A stretch of DNA of 64,000 nt from an uncultured Candidatus Saccharibacteria bacterium. Its GTDB lineage: Bacteria; Patescibacteriota; Minisyncoccia; Phycocordibacterales; Zambryskibacteraceae. Below the pieces are notes generated by a model. The model made no database searches and was not told the origin of the DNA. It worked only from the letters and a program-made list of their open reading frames with translations. Shown piece after piece: positions 8,165-17,863 of this stretch. The stretch spans positions 168,290 through 232,289 of the forward strand of contig CAZSOL010000001.1 in the NCBI GenBank assembly GCA_964608585.1, written 5' to 3'. The translations under genes and the position numbers were made by a program. Every line of letters starts with the position of its first letter. The first letter of the stretch is position 1.

Positions 8165-8572
8165 ATGCAAAATTTAGAAAAATATTCACCAACCGTATTA
8201 AGAGTTGGTATTGCGTTAGTCATTATTTGGTTTGGGTTGGAACAAATGAAGGACTTTGAGGCTTGGTCTGGCATCATCCCAAGTTGGGCAACGAGCCTCA
8301 CAGGACTCTCGGCTGTAACTATTGTGAAGATCAATGCTTGGTCGGAAGTTGTCTTCGGCCTAGCACATCTCTTGGGTATCTATACAAGGATAACTGGTCT
8401 CATACTTACCCTACACATGGCAACCATCACCTTCATAGTTGGCTACAACCCAACAGGAGTTAGAGACTTCGGAGTTACTATAGGAGCACTGGCAAGCTTT
8501 ATGCACGGAGTGAGCCCACTAAGCTTAGACGCTTGGAGACTCCGAAGGAAGAGTACTCCGGTACAAAATTAA
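8165..8572 (+). CDS. DoxX family membrane protein
   Basis: 135 aa with 4 TM helices in the DoxX-like pattern. Confidence 0.6.
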   Translation: MQNLEKYSPTVLRVGIALVIIWFGLEQMKDFEAWSGIIPSWATSLTGLSAVTIVKINAWSEVVFGLAHLLGIYTRITGLILTLHMATITFIVGYNPTGVRDFGVTIGALASFMHGVSPLSLDAWRLRRKSTPVQN

Positions 8573-9882
8573 ACTCTACTCCTCCACTCCTCGTCCTGAC
8601 GGACGAGGAGTTTCTCTTTCTTCTCTGGGTTTGCCATAAGCTCCTCAACACATCTCTCCATACGCACACCTTGAGATCCTTTGACCAAAATGATATCCCC
8701 TTCCTTTATCAAGTCCTTCATAAACTTCCCTGCTTCTACAGAGTCGTCAAATTGGAAAATCTTACTCTCATGCATACCAGAGCTTAGAGCTTCTTCGGCG
8801 GTTAGTCTAGATCTTACCCCAACAGTAGCGAGGATGGAGGATGCCTTGCTAGCCAACTTGCCGGTCTCTCTATGAGCCTCAGCGGTGAATCTCCCAAGCT
8901 CAAGCATATCTCCTAATATCGCTATCCTCCTCGCGCTCCTAGATGGCAACTTTATAGACTTTAAGCTCTTTAAGGCCTCAGCCACAGCAACCGGAGATGA
9001 GTTGTACGTGTCGTCAATCAAGGTTGAACCTTTAATACCTGACAAGATACGCATACGACCAGAGGTTGGATCTTCGTTTTGGAAGACCTTGCTTGCAATC
9101 CTAATATCAAAGCCTAGATGCTTTACAAGAAGAAGAGAGGCCAAAATGTGGTAGCTGTGTTGCTCACCCAAAGTATCCTTAAGAACGATCGGTAAAGACT
9201 CAGTAGTCTCTGGAGAGACTACCTCAAACATAACTCCTCTTACCTTCTTCTCCTCATCATAAACAAGCCCATAATTGGTTGCGGACAAATCTGCTCCAGA
9301 GGAGTTCCCGAAGAGAAGCACCTTACCCCCACTTAGGTTTTTATATCGCAAGACATCCTTATCGTCTGCATTGAGCATCAATGTACCATCGGGCTTCAAG
9401 GCCTTGACCAAGTTGCCCTTTTCCTCAAAGAGTTCTTCCGGAGAGACGAAGGCCTCTACGTGGACAGGCACCTTAGAGAGTTTGGTAACGATAACAATGT
9501 CCGGTTTTAACCACTCTGTTATTTCCTTGATATCCCCCGGCCTATCGGTACCGACCTCAAGTACTAACCAGTTTGGATAATGGTGGGGTAAAAGGATAAG
9601 GATAACCCCTTCCAACAAAACCTTGAACCACCCCAATATGTTGTTGCTAGGATTCTTAGTCCCCAAAATTGTAAGAGGTATCCCAAGCTCGCTATTGAAG
9701 CTCTTGTAGCTCTTTCTAACACTCTCAAAACGAGAAAGAGTAGCGTAGACCGCATCCTTGGTTGAGGTCTTGCCCACCGTGCCTGTAATAGCAATAATCT
9801 TTGGTTGGTACTTATCAAGAACTCTCTTAGAGAGCTTGTGGAGTACTTTTATAAAAATGGGCTTCAAAACGTCCTTGATCAT
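8569..9882 (-). CDS. murF: UDP-N-acetylmuramoyl-tripeptide--D-alanyl-D-alanine ligase MurF
   Basis: ITGTVGKTSTKD P-loop and DDTYNSSP motif; the Mur ligase three-domain pattern is recognisable. Confidence 0.9.
   Translation of the reverse strand: MIKDVLKPIFIKVLHKLSKRVLDKYQPKIIAITGTVGKTSTKDAVYATLSRFESVRKSYKSFNSELGIPLTILGTKNPSNNILGWFKVLLEGVILILLPHHYPNWLVLEVGTDRPGDIKEITEWLKPDIVIVTKLSKVPVHVEAFVSPEELFEEKGNLVKALKPDGTLMLNADDKDVLRYKNLSGGKVLLFGNSSGADLSATNYGLVYDEEKKVRGVMFEVVSPETTESLPIVLKDTLGEQHSYHILASLLLVKHLGFDIRIASKVFQNEDPTSGRMRILSGIKGSTLIDDTYNSSPVAVAEALKSLKSIKLPSRSARRIAILGDMLELGRFTAEAHRETGKLASKASSILATVGVRSRLTAEEALSSGMHESKIFQFDDSVEAGKFMKDLIKEGDIILVKGSQGVRMERCVEELMANPEKKEKLLVRQDEEWRSRV
8587..8622 (+). 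terminator. rho-independent terminator of the doxX gene, embedded in the 3' coding end of convergent murF
   Basis: Perfect 10-bp stem CTCCTCGTCC-TGAC-GGACGAGGAG followed by TTTCTCTTTCTT. On the other strand the same bases encode murF residues ...LLVRQDEEWRS. Confidence 0.5.
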
Positions 9883-11630
9883 AGAGCGGCAGTGGCTGGA
9901 GGCGGTGCCTCTCTATCTGGAGCGATGTTGTAATAGTTAATAATAAATCTAGTTAAACTCATAAAGCTATCTGTTAGGGTCTCTGAAGCATATTGTACCT
10001 CAAGTGGGTGGAAGGTATAGAGGAAGATAAGGAAGCGCGCATCATAAGACGGGAAGTAGCCAAAGAACGAGTGTAGATACTGATCTGCATAGTATCCTCC
10101 TCCACTTGGATTAGCTACCTGAGCAGTGCCTGTCTTTGCTGCTACAGAATACTTAGGAAGTCTTACAGAACCATTCTTAAGAGCATAATCCACAACCTCG
10201 GTAAGCATTCTTGATATCTCTTCGCTTGTGCCATCCTTGAAGATCTTCTCACCAACCTTAAAGTCTGTGTCCTTCCCAACACCAATCTTGTACTCAATCC
10301 TCTTAGCTAAATGTGGAGTGACAAGATACCCCCCATTGGCCAAAGACGACAAAGCTCTTACCATCTGCATTGGGGTAAAGGCCACTCCTTGCCCGAACGA
10401 AGCCTGTGCATACTCAAGCTCTCTTGTGGAAGAGAGGTTGGCTACAAGCCCTAGCCCCTCACTAGGCAAATCTATACCAGTCCTCTCGTTTAGCCCATAG
10501 GCGTACATATAGTCTTTGAAGACATCGGTACCCATCTCCTTCACCACATGAGCCACACCTGTGTTTAAAGACTTGCTAAGTACCAACTGCATTGGCACTC
10601 TGGTGCCATGAGACTTTTTGTCAAAGTTGCAGAAGGTCTTCTTGTCTAAAGTCTCACATCCTAAGTCGTTATAGACACTCTTCCTTGTGACAGCTCCAGA
10701 GTCTAGCCCAGCTGCCATGGTTAAAGCCTTCACAATAGAACCCATCTCATATCTGTCCTCTATAAGCTTGTTAGAGAAGACATCAGCAGAGCTTGCCGAC
10801 TGTGGAGTATTTGGGTCAAAGGTTGGCTCAATCGCCATAGCCAGTATCTCCCCATTTCTAGGATCAATAACAACTCCTCCCGAGAACTCCGACCCATACT
10901 TACTCTGGATACTAGAGAGTTCATCTTCAAGAGCTGCTTGGATAGATGGCTCTATGGTAGTTACTACATCCCCCTCCAAACTCTCCTTAGGACTTAAGGT
11001 CTTCTTGATATCTGAGAAAACCTCTGCAAAGAAGTTCACAAAGGCCTTATCCCCCGTCCTCTTGAGTACACCTTCATAAAAGCGTTCTAAACCGTATCGC
11101 CCAGCTACTTCCTTACCATCCTCCCCACCAAAACCAAGTAACCCAATAGCATGGGCAGCCATACTCTCTCCAGGGTAAACCCGCCAATCCTTTTTGTAGA
11201 CAGACACTCCTCTTATACCTAAGGCTTGAATCTTCTCCGCTGTCTCCTTAGGGAGTCTATCGGCTAGCTCTTCATATGGATCATAATCTCTAGAAACCTT
11301 GGTGTCCCAAATACTTTTATCTATTGGGTAAATGTTGTTTAACCTTTCGTAGACAGAGTCTTTGTCTGTAGACTCTATCCGAAAGAGTTGCGGATCAATA
11401 GATAGAATGAAGCCACTCTTAACAGAAGCGGCTGGCACCAAATTCCCCTCCTTGGTAGTAAAGAAGATAGACCCTCTATCAAAAAAATTAGTCACACCTA
11501 TATACTGGTGATCAGCCTTAGCGCGATAGGCATCACCGTTTAAGATCTGAACATAATAAAGTCTAGAAATAAGCAGAAGGGCAAAAGCGAGAGAAGCAAA
11601 AGTTAAAAATCTTAGTCTCCCTTGATACAT
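9879..11630 (-). CDS. ftsI: peptidoglycan D,D-transpeptidase FtsI (class B PBP)
   Basis: N-terminal TM helix, SxxK (GSIVK), SxN and KTGTAQ motifs, and a position between ftsL and murF. Confidence 0.85.
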   Translation of the reverse strand: MYQGRLRFLTFASLAFALLLISRLYYVQILNGDAYRAKADHQYIGVTNFFDRGSIFFTTKEGNLVPAASVKSGFILSIDPQLFRIESTDKDSVYERLNNIYPIDKSIWDTKVSRDYDPYEELADRLPKETAEKIQALGIRGVSVYKKDWRVYPGESMAAHAIGLLGFGGEDGKEVAGRYGLERFYEGVLKRTGDKAFVNFFAEVFSDIKKTLSPKESLEGDVVTTIEPSIQAALEDELSSIQSKYGSEFSGGVVIDPRNGEILAMAIEPTFDPNTPQSASSADVFSNKLIEDRYEMGSIVKALTMAAGLDSGAVTRKSVYNDLGCETLDKKTFCNFDKKSHGTRVPMQLVLSKSLNTGVAHVVKEMGTDVFKDYMYAYGLNERTGIDLPSEGLGLVANLSSTRELEYAQASFGQGVAFTPMQMVRALSSLANGGYLVTPHLAKRIEYKIGVGKDTDFKVGEKIFKDGTSEEISRMLTEVVDYALKNGSVRLPKYSVAAKTGTAQVANPSGGGYYADQYLHSFFGYFPSYDARFLIFLYTFHPLEVQYASETLTDSFMSLTRFIINYYNIAPDREAPPPATAAL

Positions 11631-11666
11631 ATACTAATATTCTAACTTTGTTTTCTTACTTTTGTA

Positions 11667-11984
11667 CTAATTTTTGATATTTAAAGTAAGAGTAGACTCT
11701 GTACGAGATATATAAATAGGGTTCCTCACTTCGACAAAGCCATAACCCAGTGCCTTCTCAAGGTTTACACTATTTTTCAAAGCAATCTTTCTAAACTCAA
11801 GCTCACTGACTCTCTCTGTCAAAGACTCTCCCTGTAGAGCTAACCTCTCACGAAGTACGGTGTGATGCACAGTAGCCAATACGGAGTATACATACACCCC
11901 CAAAGAAAGCATCATCACAAAGGACAATGTCCAAAACATTCTGGCTCGGTTATCTATTGAAAGTATTTTGGTTACAAAGCTCAT
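11667..11984 (-). CDS. ftsL: cell division protein FtsL-like
   Basis: 105 aa with a single TM helix and a coiled coil, in the canonical slot between rsmH and ftsI. Confidence 0.55.
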   Translation of the reverse strand: MSFVTKILSIDNRARMFWTLSFVMMLSLGVYVYSVLATVHHTVLRERLALQGESLTERVSELEFRKIALKNSVNLEKALGYGFVEVRNPIYISRTESTLTLNIKN

Positions 11985-12841
11985 TTCTTTTCTAAAACTC
12001 TTAGCTTGGCACTTCGTGAGCGAGGGTTGCTCTTCACCTCCTCATCACTTGGTACTACGGGTTTCTTGGTGATGAGTATTGCCTTCTCCCCCTTCGCCTT
12101 CTCTCTCATAAAGTTCTTCACTATCCTGTCCTCAAGACTGTGGAAGGAAATGACAGCGAGTCGTCCATGAGGAGTGAGAGAGTTGAAGGCCTTCTCCAAG
12201 CCATCTTCTAGGGCTTGGAGCTCTTCGTTGACTGCTATCCTAATCGCTTGGAAGGTCTTTGTGGCGGGGTGGATCTTACCTATGCGCTTGCCAACCACTT
12301 CTACAAGATCCTGCGTGGTCTTGAAGGGCTTTGTCTCCCTCCTCTCCACTATGGCTCTGGCAATCTGTCTTGAGCGCTTCTCCTCACCAAATCCTCGGAG
12401 GACAAGCTCAATGGCATGCTCATCCCAGGAGTTAAGAATTTGGCTAGCGGTTAAGCCTTCCCTAGACATCCGCATATCAAGCGGTTCGTCCCGAAGGAAG
12501 GAGAAGCCTCTACCAGAGTCATCTATCTGCTCACTTGAGATCCCAAGGTCAAGAAGAATAGCGTTTACCCCACTTACTCCAAGCTCCTTCAAAACATTGT
12601 CCATGTTTCTAAAGCTCTCGAGTCTAAGGTAGGTGCTGTGAGTGAGCTCGCGGAGTCTCTCCTCACTACGCTTCAAGGCCTCTGGGTCTCTGTCTATCCC
12701 AATGATTTCTACACCGTCCCCAAACTTCTCTGCGACGAGTAAGCTGTGTCCGGCACTGCCTAAAGTGCCGTCGAGGAAGATGTCGCCATCCTTGAGATTC
12801 AGACCTTCTATTGCTTCGTGTAAAAGTACAGGTTTATGCAT
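11981..12841 (-). CDS. rsmH: 16S rRNA (cytosine1402-N4)-methyltransferase RsmH
   Basis: MHKPVLLHEAIEGL start (shorter than the track ORF) and GTLGSAGHS SAM motif. Confidence 0.9.
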   Translation of the reverse strand: MHKPVLLHEAIEGLNLKDGDIFLDGTLGSAGHSLLVAEKFGDGVEIIGIDRDPEALKRSEERLRELTHSTYLRLESFRNMDNVLKELGVSGVNAILLDLGISSEQIDDSGRGFSFLRDEPLDMRMSREGLTASQILNSWDEHAIELVLRGFGEEKRSRQIARAIVERRETKPFKTTQDLVEVVGKRIGKIHPATKTFQAIRIAVNEELQALEDGLEKAFNSLTPHGRLAVISFHSLEDRIVKNFMREKAKGEKAILITKKPVVPSDEEVKSNPRSRSAKLRVLEKK

Positions 12842-13229
12842 ATTCCGACTCGAGCTTCTTCCTATAAGCATCCCAACGTTTGTCGTTCCAGATCTCCACT
12901 TTGTCGTGGACTCCGGTGACAACCACTGAGTTCTTGAGCTCTGCGAACTCTCTCAAGAACTCGGGTATAAGGATCCTGCCTATAGAATCAATCTCAATCT
13001 CGGCTGCACCAGCGAAAGTGAATCGCTCATATTGGTGGTCGTTTTGTACGTGACCAAGCTTCTTCACCTCCTTGGAGATGTCTTGCCAAGTCTTGAATGG
13101 ATAGAGAGATAAACAACGGTCCTTACCGCGAGTGATGACCACCTTCTTGCCAAGCTCTTTCCTAAACTTGGCTGGAAGTGAGAAGCGTTTCTTCTCATCT
13201 ACTGTGTGTGTATACTCGCCGATGAACAT
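12834..13229 (-). CDS. mraZ: transcriptional regulator MraZ
   Basis: MFIGEYTHTVDEKKRFSLPAKFR... shows the duplicated DxxxR MraZ fold. Start chosen at the conserved MF(I/L)GEY rather than the track ORF start. Confidence 0.85.
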   Translation of the reverse strand: MFIGEYTHTVDEKKRFSLPAKFRKELGKKVVITRGKDRCLSLYPFKTWQDISKEVKKLGHVQNDHQYERFTFAGAAEIEIDSIGRILIPEFLREFAELKNSVVVTGVHDKVEIWNDKRWDAYRKKLESEYA

Positions 13230-13326
13230 TGTTTGTAACTTTACCACACTTTCCCACCTAGACACCATTCTATCCCACCACACTCCACTCACCTACCATT
13301 CTTATCCACACCTCCTTTTTGGTACG

Positions 13327-13357
13327 AAAAAGGCGTGAGTTCCTAAGAACTCACGCC
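13327..13357 (-). terminator. rho-independent terminator of the 13363..13974 gene
   Basis: 11-bp perfect stem GGCGTGAGTTC-CTAA-GAACTCACGCC lying 5 nt beyond the stop codon, followed on the minus strand by TTTTT. Confidence 0.55.
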
Positions 13358-13362
13358 TTGTA

Positions 13363-13974
13363 CTACTTACCTCGGAGGACCATCTGGATCCCCACAGCAC
13401 TGTTGCTGCTCTTAGCCTCGTTGTCCACCATGAAGGGCGACCACCACACCTCAAGAGGAACTTGCTTGAAAAGCCTCATGAGGAACCTTGGCCCAGTACC
13501 CATCCCAGTCTGCGAATAGATACCGAAACTAAAGCCCTGCACCGGCTTGCAAAGCAAGTCAGCAGAGTACCAGTCGCTCTCCTTGTCTTCTCCGGTCTCG
13601 TAATATCCTTCAAGAGTGCATGGAGCATCTCCGAAGAGTAGTAGAGATCCAGCAACACGAGGCAGAGTCTCCTCCGTACCAACTCTCTCAGCTCCAGCCG
13701 CAAGGCCAAGCTCAAACCAGTTGGTAAAGTCGAAGAAAACTCCAAGCACTCCAGAGACGTAGTCTCTCTCGTGATAGACAAAGCCCCAGAGTCCCCACCT
13801 CTCGCCAACAGATACCCAGCCGTTTAGCTGGTTATTGGTATAGAGGGTGTCCCTCCCAGACTCTGTCTGTGTGGAAAGTCGCTGATGTTGGAAGCTGAGC
13901 TCGTGGCTCTGAGCGACCAAGTCAGCAGGAGTCAACCAAAAGAGGATGACCAGAAGCCAGTACTTGGAACGCAT
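13363..13974 (-). CDS. secreted beta-rich protein of unknown function (signal peptide; possible beta-barrel)
   Basis: Signal peptide MRSKYWLLVILFWLTPADLVAQ, then ~180 aa rich in alternating aromatic/Gly stretches (GWVSVGERWGLWGFVY). The gene has its own promoter and terminator, and its GC content appears above the neighbouring genes. Confidence 0.5.
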   Translation of the reverse strand: MRSKYWLLVILFWLTPADLVAQSHELSFQHQRLSTQTESGRDTLYTNNQLNGWVSVGERWGLWGFVYHERDYVSGVLGVFFDFTNWFELGLAAGAERVGTEETLPRVAGSLLLFGDAPCTLEGYYETGEDKESDWYSADLLCKPVQGFSFGIYSQTGMGTGPRFLMRLFKQVPLEVWWSPFMVDNEAKSSNSAVGIQMVLRGK

Positions 13975-14020
13975 CGCTTGCTCCCTGATGTTTGGTGTTA
14001 GAGTGCTTAGTTCTACCCTA

Positions 14021-14049
14021 ATACTATCACAAATCTACCTAATAGTCAA
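14021..14049 (-). promoter_or_regulatory. sigma70-like promoter of the 13363..13974 gene
   Basis: Minus strand reads TTGACT, a 17-nt spacer, then TAGTAT. GGGAG lies 7 nt upstream of the ATG at 13974. Confidence 0.4.
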
Positions 14050-14056
14050 GCTGTAT

Positions 14057-15409
14057 TTAGTCCCTATTTTTAGGCTTAAGAGTTGGGAAGAGGATTACTT
14101 CCTTAATGTTGGTGACGTTGGTGAGGAGCATCACAAGGCGGTCTATACCGATACCGATACCACCATTAGGAGGCATGCCGTACTCCATTGCTTCAAGATA
14201 CTCCATATCTGATGGTGAGATGTCTTTGTCCCCTTTCTTCCCCTTCTTATCTTCTTCTAAGTATCTCTCACGCTGGTCTATTGGGTTGTTTAATTCGGAA
14301 AAGGCGTTAACCAACTCTGCACCACACATCACAAGTTGGAAGCGATCTATAAGCTCTGGATTGTCATCCTTACGCTTAGCAAAAGGATTCGCAGAGACTG
14401 GGTAGTCTATAAGGAAGGTCGGTTGTATAAGACTCGGACGCAAGGTCTTCTTGTACTCCTCATCTGTCATATCGGGGAACTTCATCACCTTGAAGTCAGG
14501 TTCAAGGTCAACCATCTCGCCTTGATACTCAAACTGAAGCTTGCCAAAGACCCCCTTAACCACATACCTAAACAAATCTTGGATAAAATCTCTCTGCATC
14601 TTGGCATCCTCGTAAGCAGAGTTGGACTCAAGCATAGTGAACTCGGGGTTGTGTGTAGAGTCTATCCCCTCGTTTCTAAACCTCTTACCAATCTCAAAGA
14701 CCTTTGGCATTCCACCTCCCAAGAGCTCCTTAAGATACAGCTCCTGAGCAATAGGAAGATAAAAGTCCATATCAAGCGCGTTGTGATGCGTGGTAAAGGG
14801 CGCTGCAGTGGCTCCGCCTGCTAGAGGTTGAAGGTTAGGAAGATCTACTTCTACATAACCGGCCTTCAGATAAAACTCTCTGATGAGAGAGACTATCTTT
14901 GATCGAGTTAGGAAGCGAGCCTTAACCTCAGGACTTGAGAGAAGGTCCAAGTATCGCTTACGAAACCTCTCCTCAATATCGGTAAGCCCTGCCCACTTCT
15001 CGGGTAAGGGTCTCAGTGACTTAGCCAACATCTTTAAGTCTTCAACGAGTAAGGTCTTCTCATTTTGCTTAGTAAGGAAGAGCTCACCCTTGATCTCAAT
15101 AAAGTCTCCAATGTCAAAAAACTCATTGAACAACTCAAAACTTTCTTCCTTAGTTGGGTCCCCTTTCTTAAGCAGGGCTTGGAACTTCCCTGTACCGTCG
15201 TCTATATCAAAAAAGATTACTTTGCCTTGTCCACGAATGGCCATTATTCTTCCAACCAACTGGAGTCTCTCTCCACTGACAAAAGTTGCTGACGCATCTG
15301 CCAGAGTTTTGTCAAAATGAGAAGTAGTTGGATAAGGGTTTATCCCACGAGCGATGAGAGCTTCAAGCTTCTTTATGCGAGTGTCGCGTATTTCGTCTAT
15401 AGATGCCAC
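14057..15409 (-). CDS. lysS: lysine--tRNA ligase (class II)
   Basis: N-terminal OB anticodon-binding domain followed by class II motifs 1-3; 450 aa. Confidence 0.9.
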   Translation of the reverse strand: MASIDEIRDTRIKKLEALIARGINPYPTTSHFDKTLADASATFVSGERLQLVGRIMAIRGQGKVIFFDIDDGTGKFQALLKKGDPTKEESFELFNEFFDIGDFIEIKGELFLTKQNEKTLLVEDLKMLAKSLRPLPEKWAGLTDIEERFRKRYLDLLSSPEVKARFLTRSKIVSLIREFYLKAGYVEVDLPNLQPLAGGATAAPFTTHHNALDMDFYLPIAQELYLKELLGGGMPKVFEIGKRFRNEGIDSTHNPEFTMLESNSAYEDAKMQRDFIQDLFRYVVKGVFGKLQFEYQGEMVDLEPDFKVMKFPDMTDEEYKKTLRPSLIQPTFLIDYPVSANPFAKRKDDNPELIDRFQLVMCGAELVNAFSELNNPIDQRERYLEEDKKGKKGDKDISPSDMEYLEAMEYGMPPNGGIGIGIDRLVMLLTNVTNIKEVILFPTLKPKNRD

Positions 15410-15413
15410 AAGT

Positions 15414-15866
15414 CTATTCTATATCAACCACCTTATAGGTCATAGTGCCAGATGGGGTTGAGAAGGAGAAGGACTCTCCCTTTTTCTTACCCATAGCAGC
15501 CACACCAAGAGGAGACTTCATAGAGATCTTGCCACTAGCAGCGTCTGACTCTTCTGACCCAACAATAGTAAAGACTTTCTTGGTCCCATCATCCTTCTTT
15601 AAGGTTATGACGGTGCCTACAGAGACGGCGTTCGTGTCGTGGCCATTGACGATAGAGGCGGACTTGAGTAAGTGCTCAAGATGTATGATGCGGTCCTCAA
15701 GAACTGCTTGGGCATTGCGAGCTTCGTGATACTCAGCGTTCTCCGAGAGGTCACCCAGACTCTTGGCATACTCTAACTGCTTAGCTATCTCTGTGCGCTT
15801 GGTGGTCTTTAGCTCCTCCAACTCCTTCTTGAACTCGTCGTACTTCGCTTGGGTTAAGTATTCCAT
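15414..15866 (-). CDS. greA: transcription elongation factor GreA
   Basis: Start at [19 protein letters not shown]. Coiled-coil N-domain with GDLSENAEY and a C-terminal FKBP-like domain. Confidence 0.85.
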   Translation of the reverse strand: MEYLTQAKYDEFKKELEELKTTKRTEIAKQLEYAKSLGDLSENAEYHEARNAQAVLEDRIIHLEHLLKSASIVNGHDTNAVSVGTVITLKKDDGTKKVFTIVGSEESDAASGKISMKSPLGVAAMGKKKGESFSFSTPSGTMTYKVVDIE

Positions 15867-15907
15867 ATGGGTAAAATTATCCCGAAGATGATACCAGAAA
15901 ATAGGGC

Positions 15908-17617
15908 CTATTTCAAGTACTCTGGGGTGTTCTCCACCATCCACTCAAGAACCTGACGCATCACATATACTCCTCCAATAGTGTTTGTCGCTGGCCCCCT
16001 CTCCATAATGATCGCAAAAGCGTATCTCGGACTCTCATAAGGGAAGAACCCTACTATCCAAGAGTTGACGTTCTCCTTCCTTGAGCCAAGCTCTGCTGTA
16101 CCAGTCTTGGCTGCCACTCTCACCCCTTGAAGAGACAATCCTGAAGCGGTACCAGCTGTAACAGCTTGGCGCATGCCCTCGCGCACTATTTCGTAATACT
16201 CTTCGTTTATATCTATATCTCTGGCTACTCGTGAGGCCTCCGAGCGACTGTTGAGCAAAATAGTTGGGGTCAGAAGTTTACCACTACTTGCAATAGCAGA
16301 GATAGCTCTCGCCATAGAAAGAGGTGTCGTCTGTGTACCATATTGGCCTATAGAAGTGTGGTACGTGTTCCCCACACGCCAGTCAGGATCATCTGGGAAG
16401 TTCTCTGCCTTCCATGTCGGAGTAGCTATATAACTCTCTACCTCTCCTGGTAAGTCTATGCCAGTCATCTCAGCCATACCAAAGAGCGAAAAGTAGTCAT
16501 CAAGCTTGGTAATACCCAAACCTTTTTGGTTGCCAAATCCTCCTCCAACCTCATAAAAGTAGACATCGGATGAGACAGCTATAGCCTCTCTCATATCCAC
16601 AAACCCGTGCGCCTTCCAATCTCTAAAGACCGACGGGCTGTCTGGGTTATATGGATTTGGGAGAGTAAGAGCTCCAGTAGAGAAGATCTCCTTCTCCGGA
16701 GCTATCACACCCTCGTTTAAAGCCCCTATGGCCACGATGGGTTTAACAACAGACCCCGGAGTATAAAGTCCAGATATAGCTCTGTTAAGAAAAGGGGTGT
16801 ATCTGTTCTTTAGGAGTCTCTCTATCTCCACACTATCCTCACCTTCTGTTACAACACTTTGGTCATACTCTGGATAGCTTGTCATAGCCAAGACCTCTCC
16901 GGTCAAGACATCCATAATGACTCCCGCTCCTCCTGTAAAGCCTCTCTCAGAAGCTGTTCTACTAATAGCCTCATACAACTTCTCAGTAAGCAAGGCATCT
17001 AGAGACAAATACATATCCTTACCTTTTTTGGGCGACTCAACCAAGGACTCTGAAGTAATGTTCCCCAAAGCGTCCATCTCTATAAGCTTGCTACCATTTG
17101 TACCAGCAAGTATCTCATCATAAGATCTCTCAACTCCAGATTGGCCATGATACAACTCGTCATAATAACGATTAGATTTGTCCTTCTGAGGATATTTCAC
17201 ATAACCTACAACCGTTGATAAGCCTTGTATATCTGCATACTCTCGCTTGGCGAAATCTGCCTGCCCTTCCCGAGCTGAATTGAAAGCGAGAGGTACCCCA
17301 TTTCTATCGTAAATAACTCCCCTGTCAGAGAATATAATGAGTCGAGATAAACGGTTATCCTCGCTTATGTCCTTATAACTACTGCCGTTAACGATCTGCA
17401 AATCCAAGAGCTTCCAACCAAGAAAAATAAATATGAAAAGAATAAAAATCTTTGAGAAGAGGAAGGTCTTGTCGCCTATTGGCCTCTCTATTCTTCCTTC
17501 TAAGCGATCACGATCAAGCCCAGGAAGATTGGCTGAGTCTAAGAATATGTCTTCAGGGTTTATCTCCCTACTTGTATTACCAAACCTCTTCTTAAGTTTT
17601 CTTATAAATCTATACAT
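15908..17617 (-). CDS. mrdA: penicillin-binding protein 2 (elongasome transpeptidase)
   Basis: TM anchor, SVVKP (SxxK), SSD (SxN) and KTGTAE motifs; clustered with mreBCD. Confidence 0.85.
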   Translation of the reverse strand: MYRFIRKLKKRFGNTSREINPEDIFLDSANLPGLDRDRLEGRIERPIGDKTFLFSKIFILFIFIFLGWKLLDLQIVNGSSYKDISEDNRLSRLIIFSDRGVIYDRNGVPLAFNSAREGQADFAKREYADIQGLSTVVGYVKYPQKDKSNRYYDELYHGQSGVERSYDEILAGTNGSKLIEMDALGNITSESLVESPKKGKDMYLSLDALLTEKLYEAISRTASERGFTGGAGVIMDVLTGEVLAMTSYPEYDQSVVTEGEDSVEIERLLKNRYTPFLNRAISGLYTPGSVVKPIVAIGALNEGVIAPEKEIFSTGALTLPNPYNPDSPSVFRDWKAHGFVDMREAIAVSSDVYFYEVGGGFGNQKGLGITKLDDYFSLFGMAEMTGIDLPGEVESYIATPTWKAENFPDDPDWRVGNTYHTSIGQYGTQTTPLSMARAISAIASSGKLLTPTILLNSRSEASRVARDIDINEEYYEIVREGMRQAVTAGTASGLSLQGVRVAAKTGTAELGSRKENVNSWIVGFFPYESPRYAFAIIMERGPATNTIGGVYVMRQVLEWMVENTPEYLK

Positions 17618-17861
17618 TGAATCTCAAGTGTTCTCTAAACGGCACAACAAAATATACAAGCAAGGTAGCTATCATAGCGAAAACGAATCCGAACAAAAAT
17701 CCTTCGCCAGAGCCATAAAGAGTATCTATAAGAAAACCGAAGAAGATGGCCTCAACATACAAAGGGAAAAGCACTATACCGACTAATATTACTGGCAGAT
17801 AAATCCAGTATGGAGTCAGAGTAATAAGCAAAACAGCAAAAATAGAAAAAAGGGTTCTCAT
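17610..17861 (-). CDS. mreD: rod shape-determining protein MreD-like (short, 83 aa)
   Basis: Polytopic small membrane protein in the slot between mreC and the PBP2 gene. Confidence 0.45.
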   Translation of the reverse strand: MRTLFSIFAVLLITLTPYWIYLPVILVGIVLFPLYVEAIFFGFLIDTLYGSGEGFLFGFVFAMIATLLVYFVVPFREHLRFNV

Positions 17862-17863
17862 AA

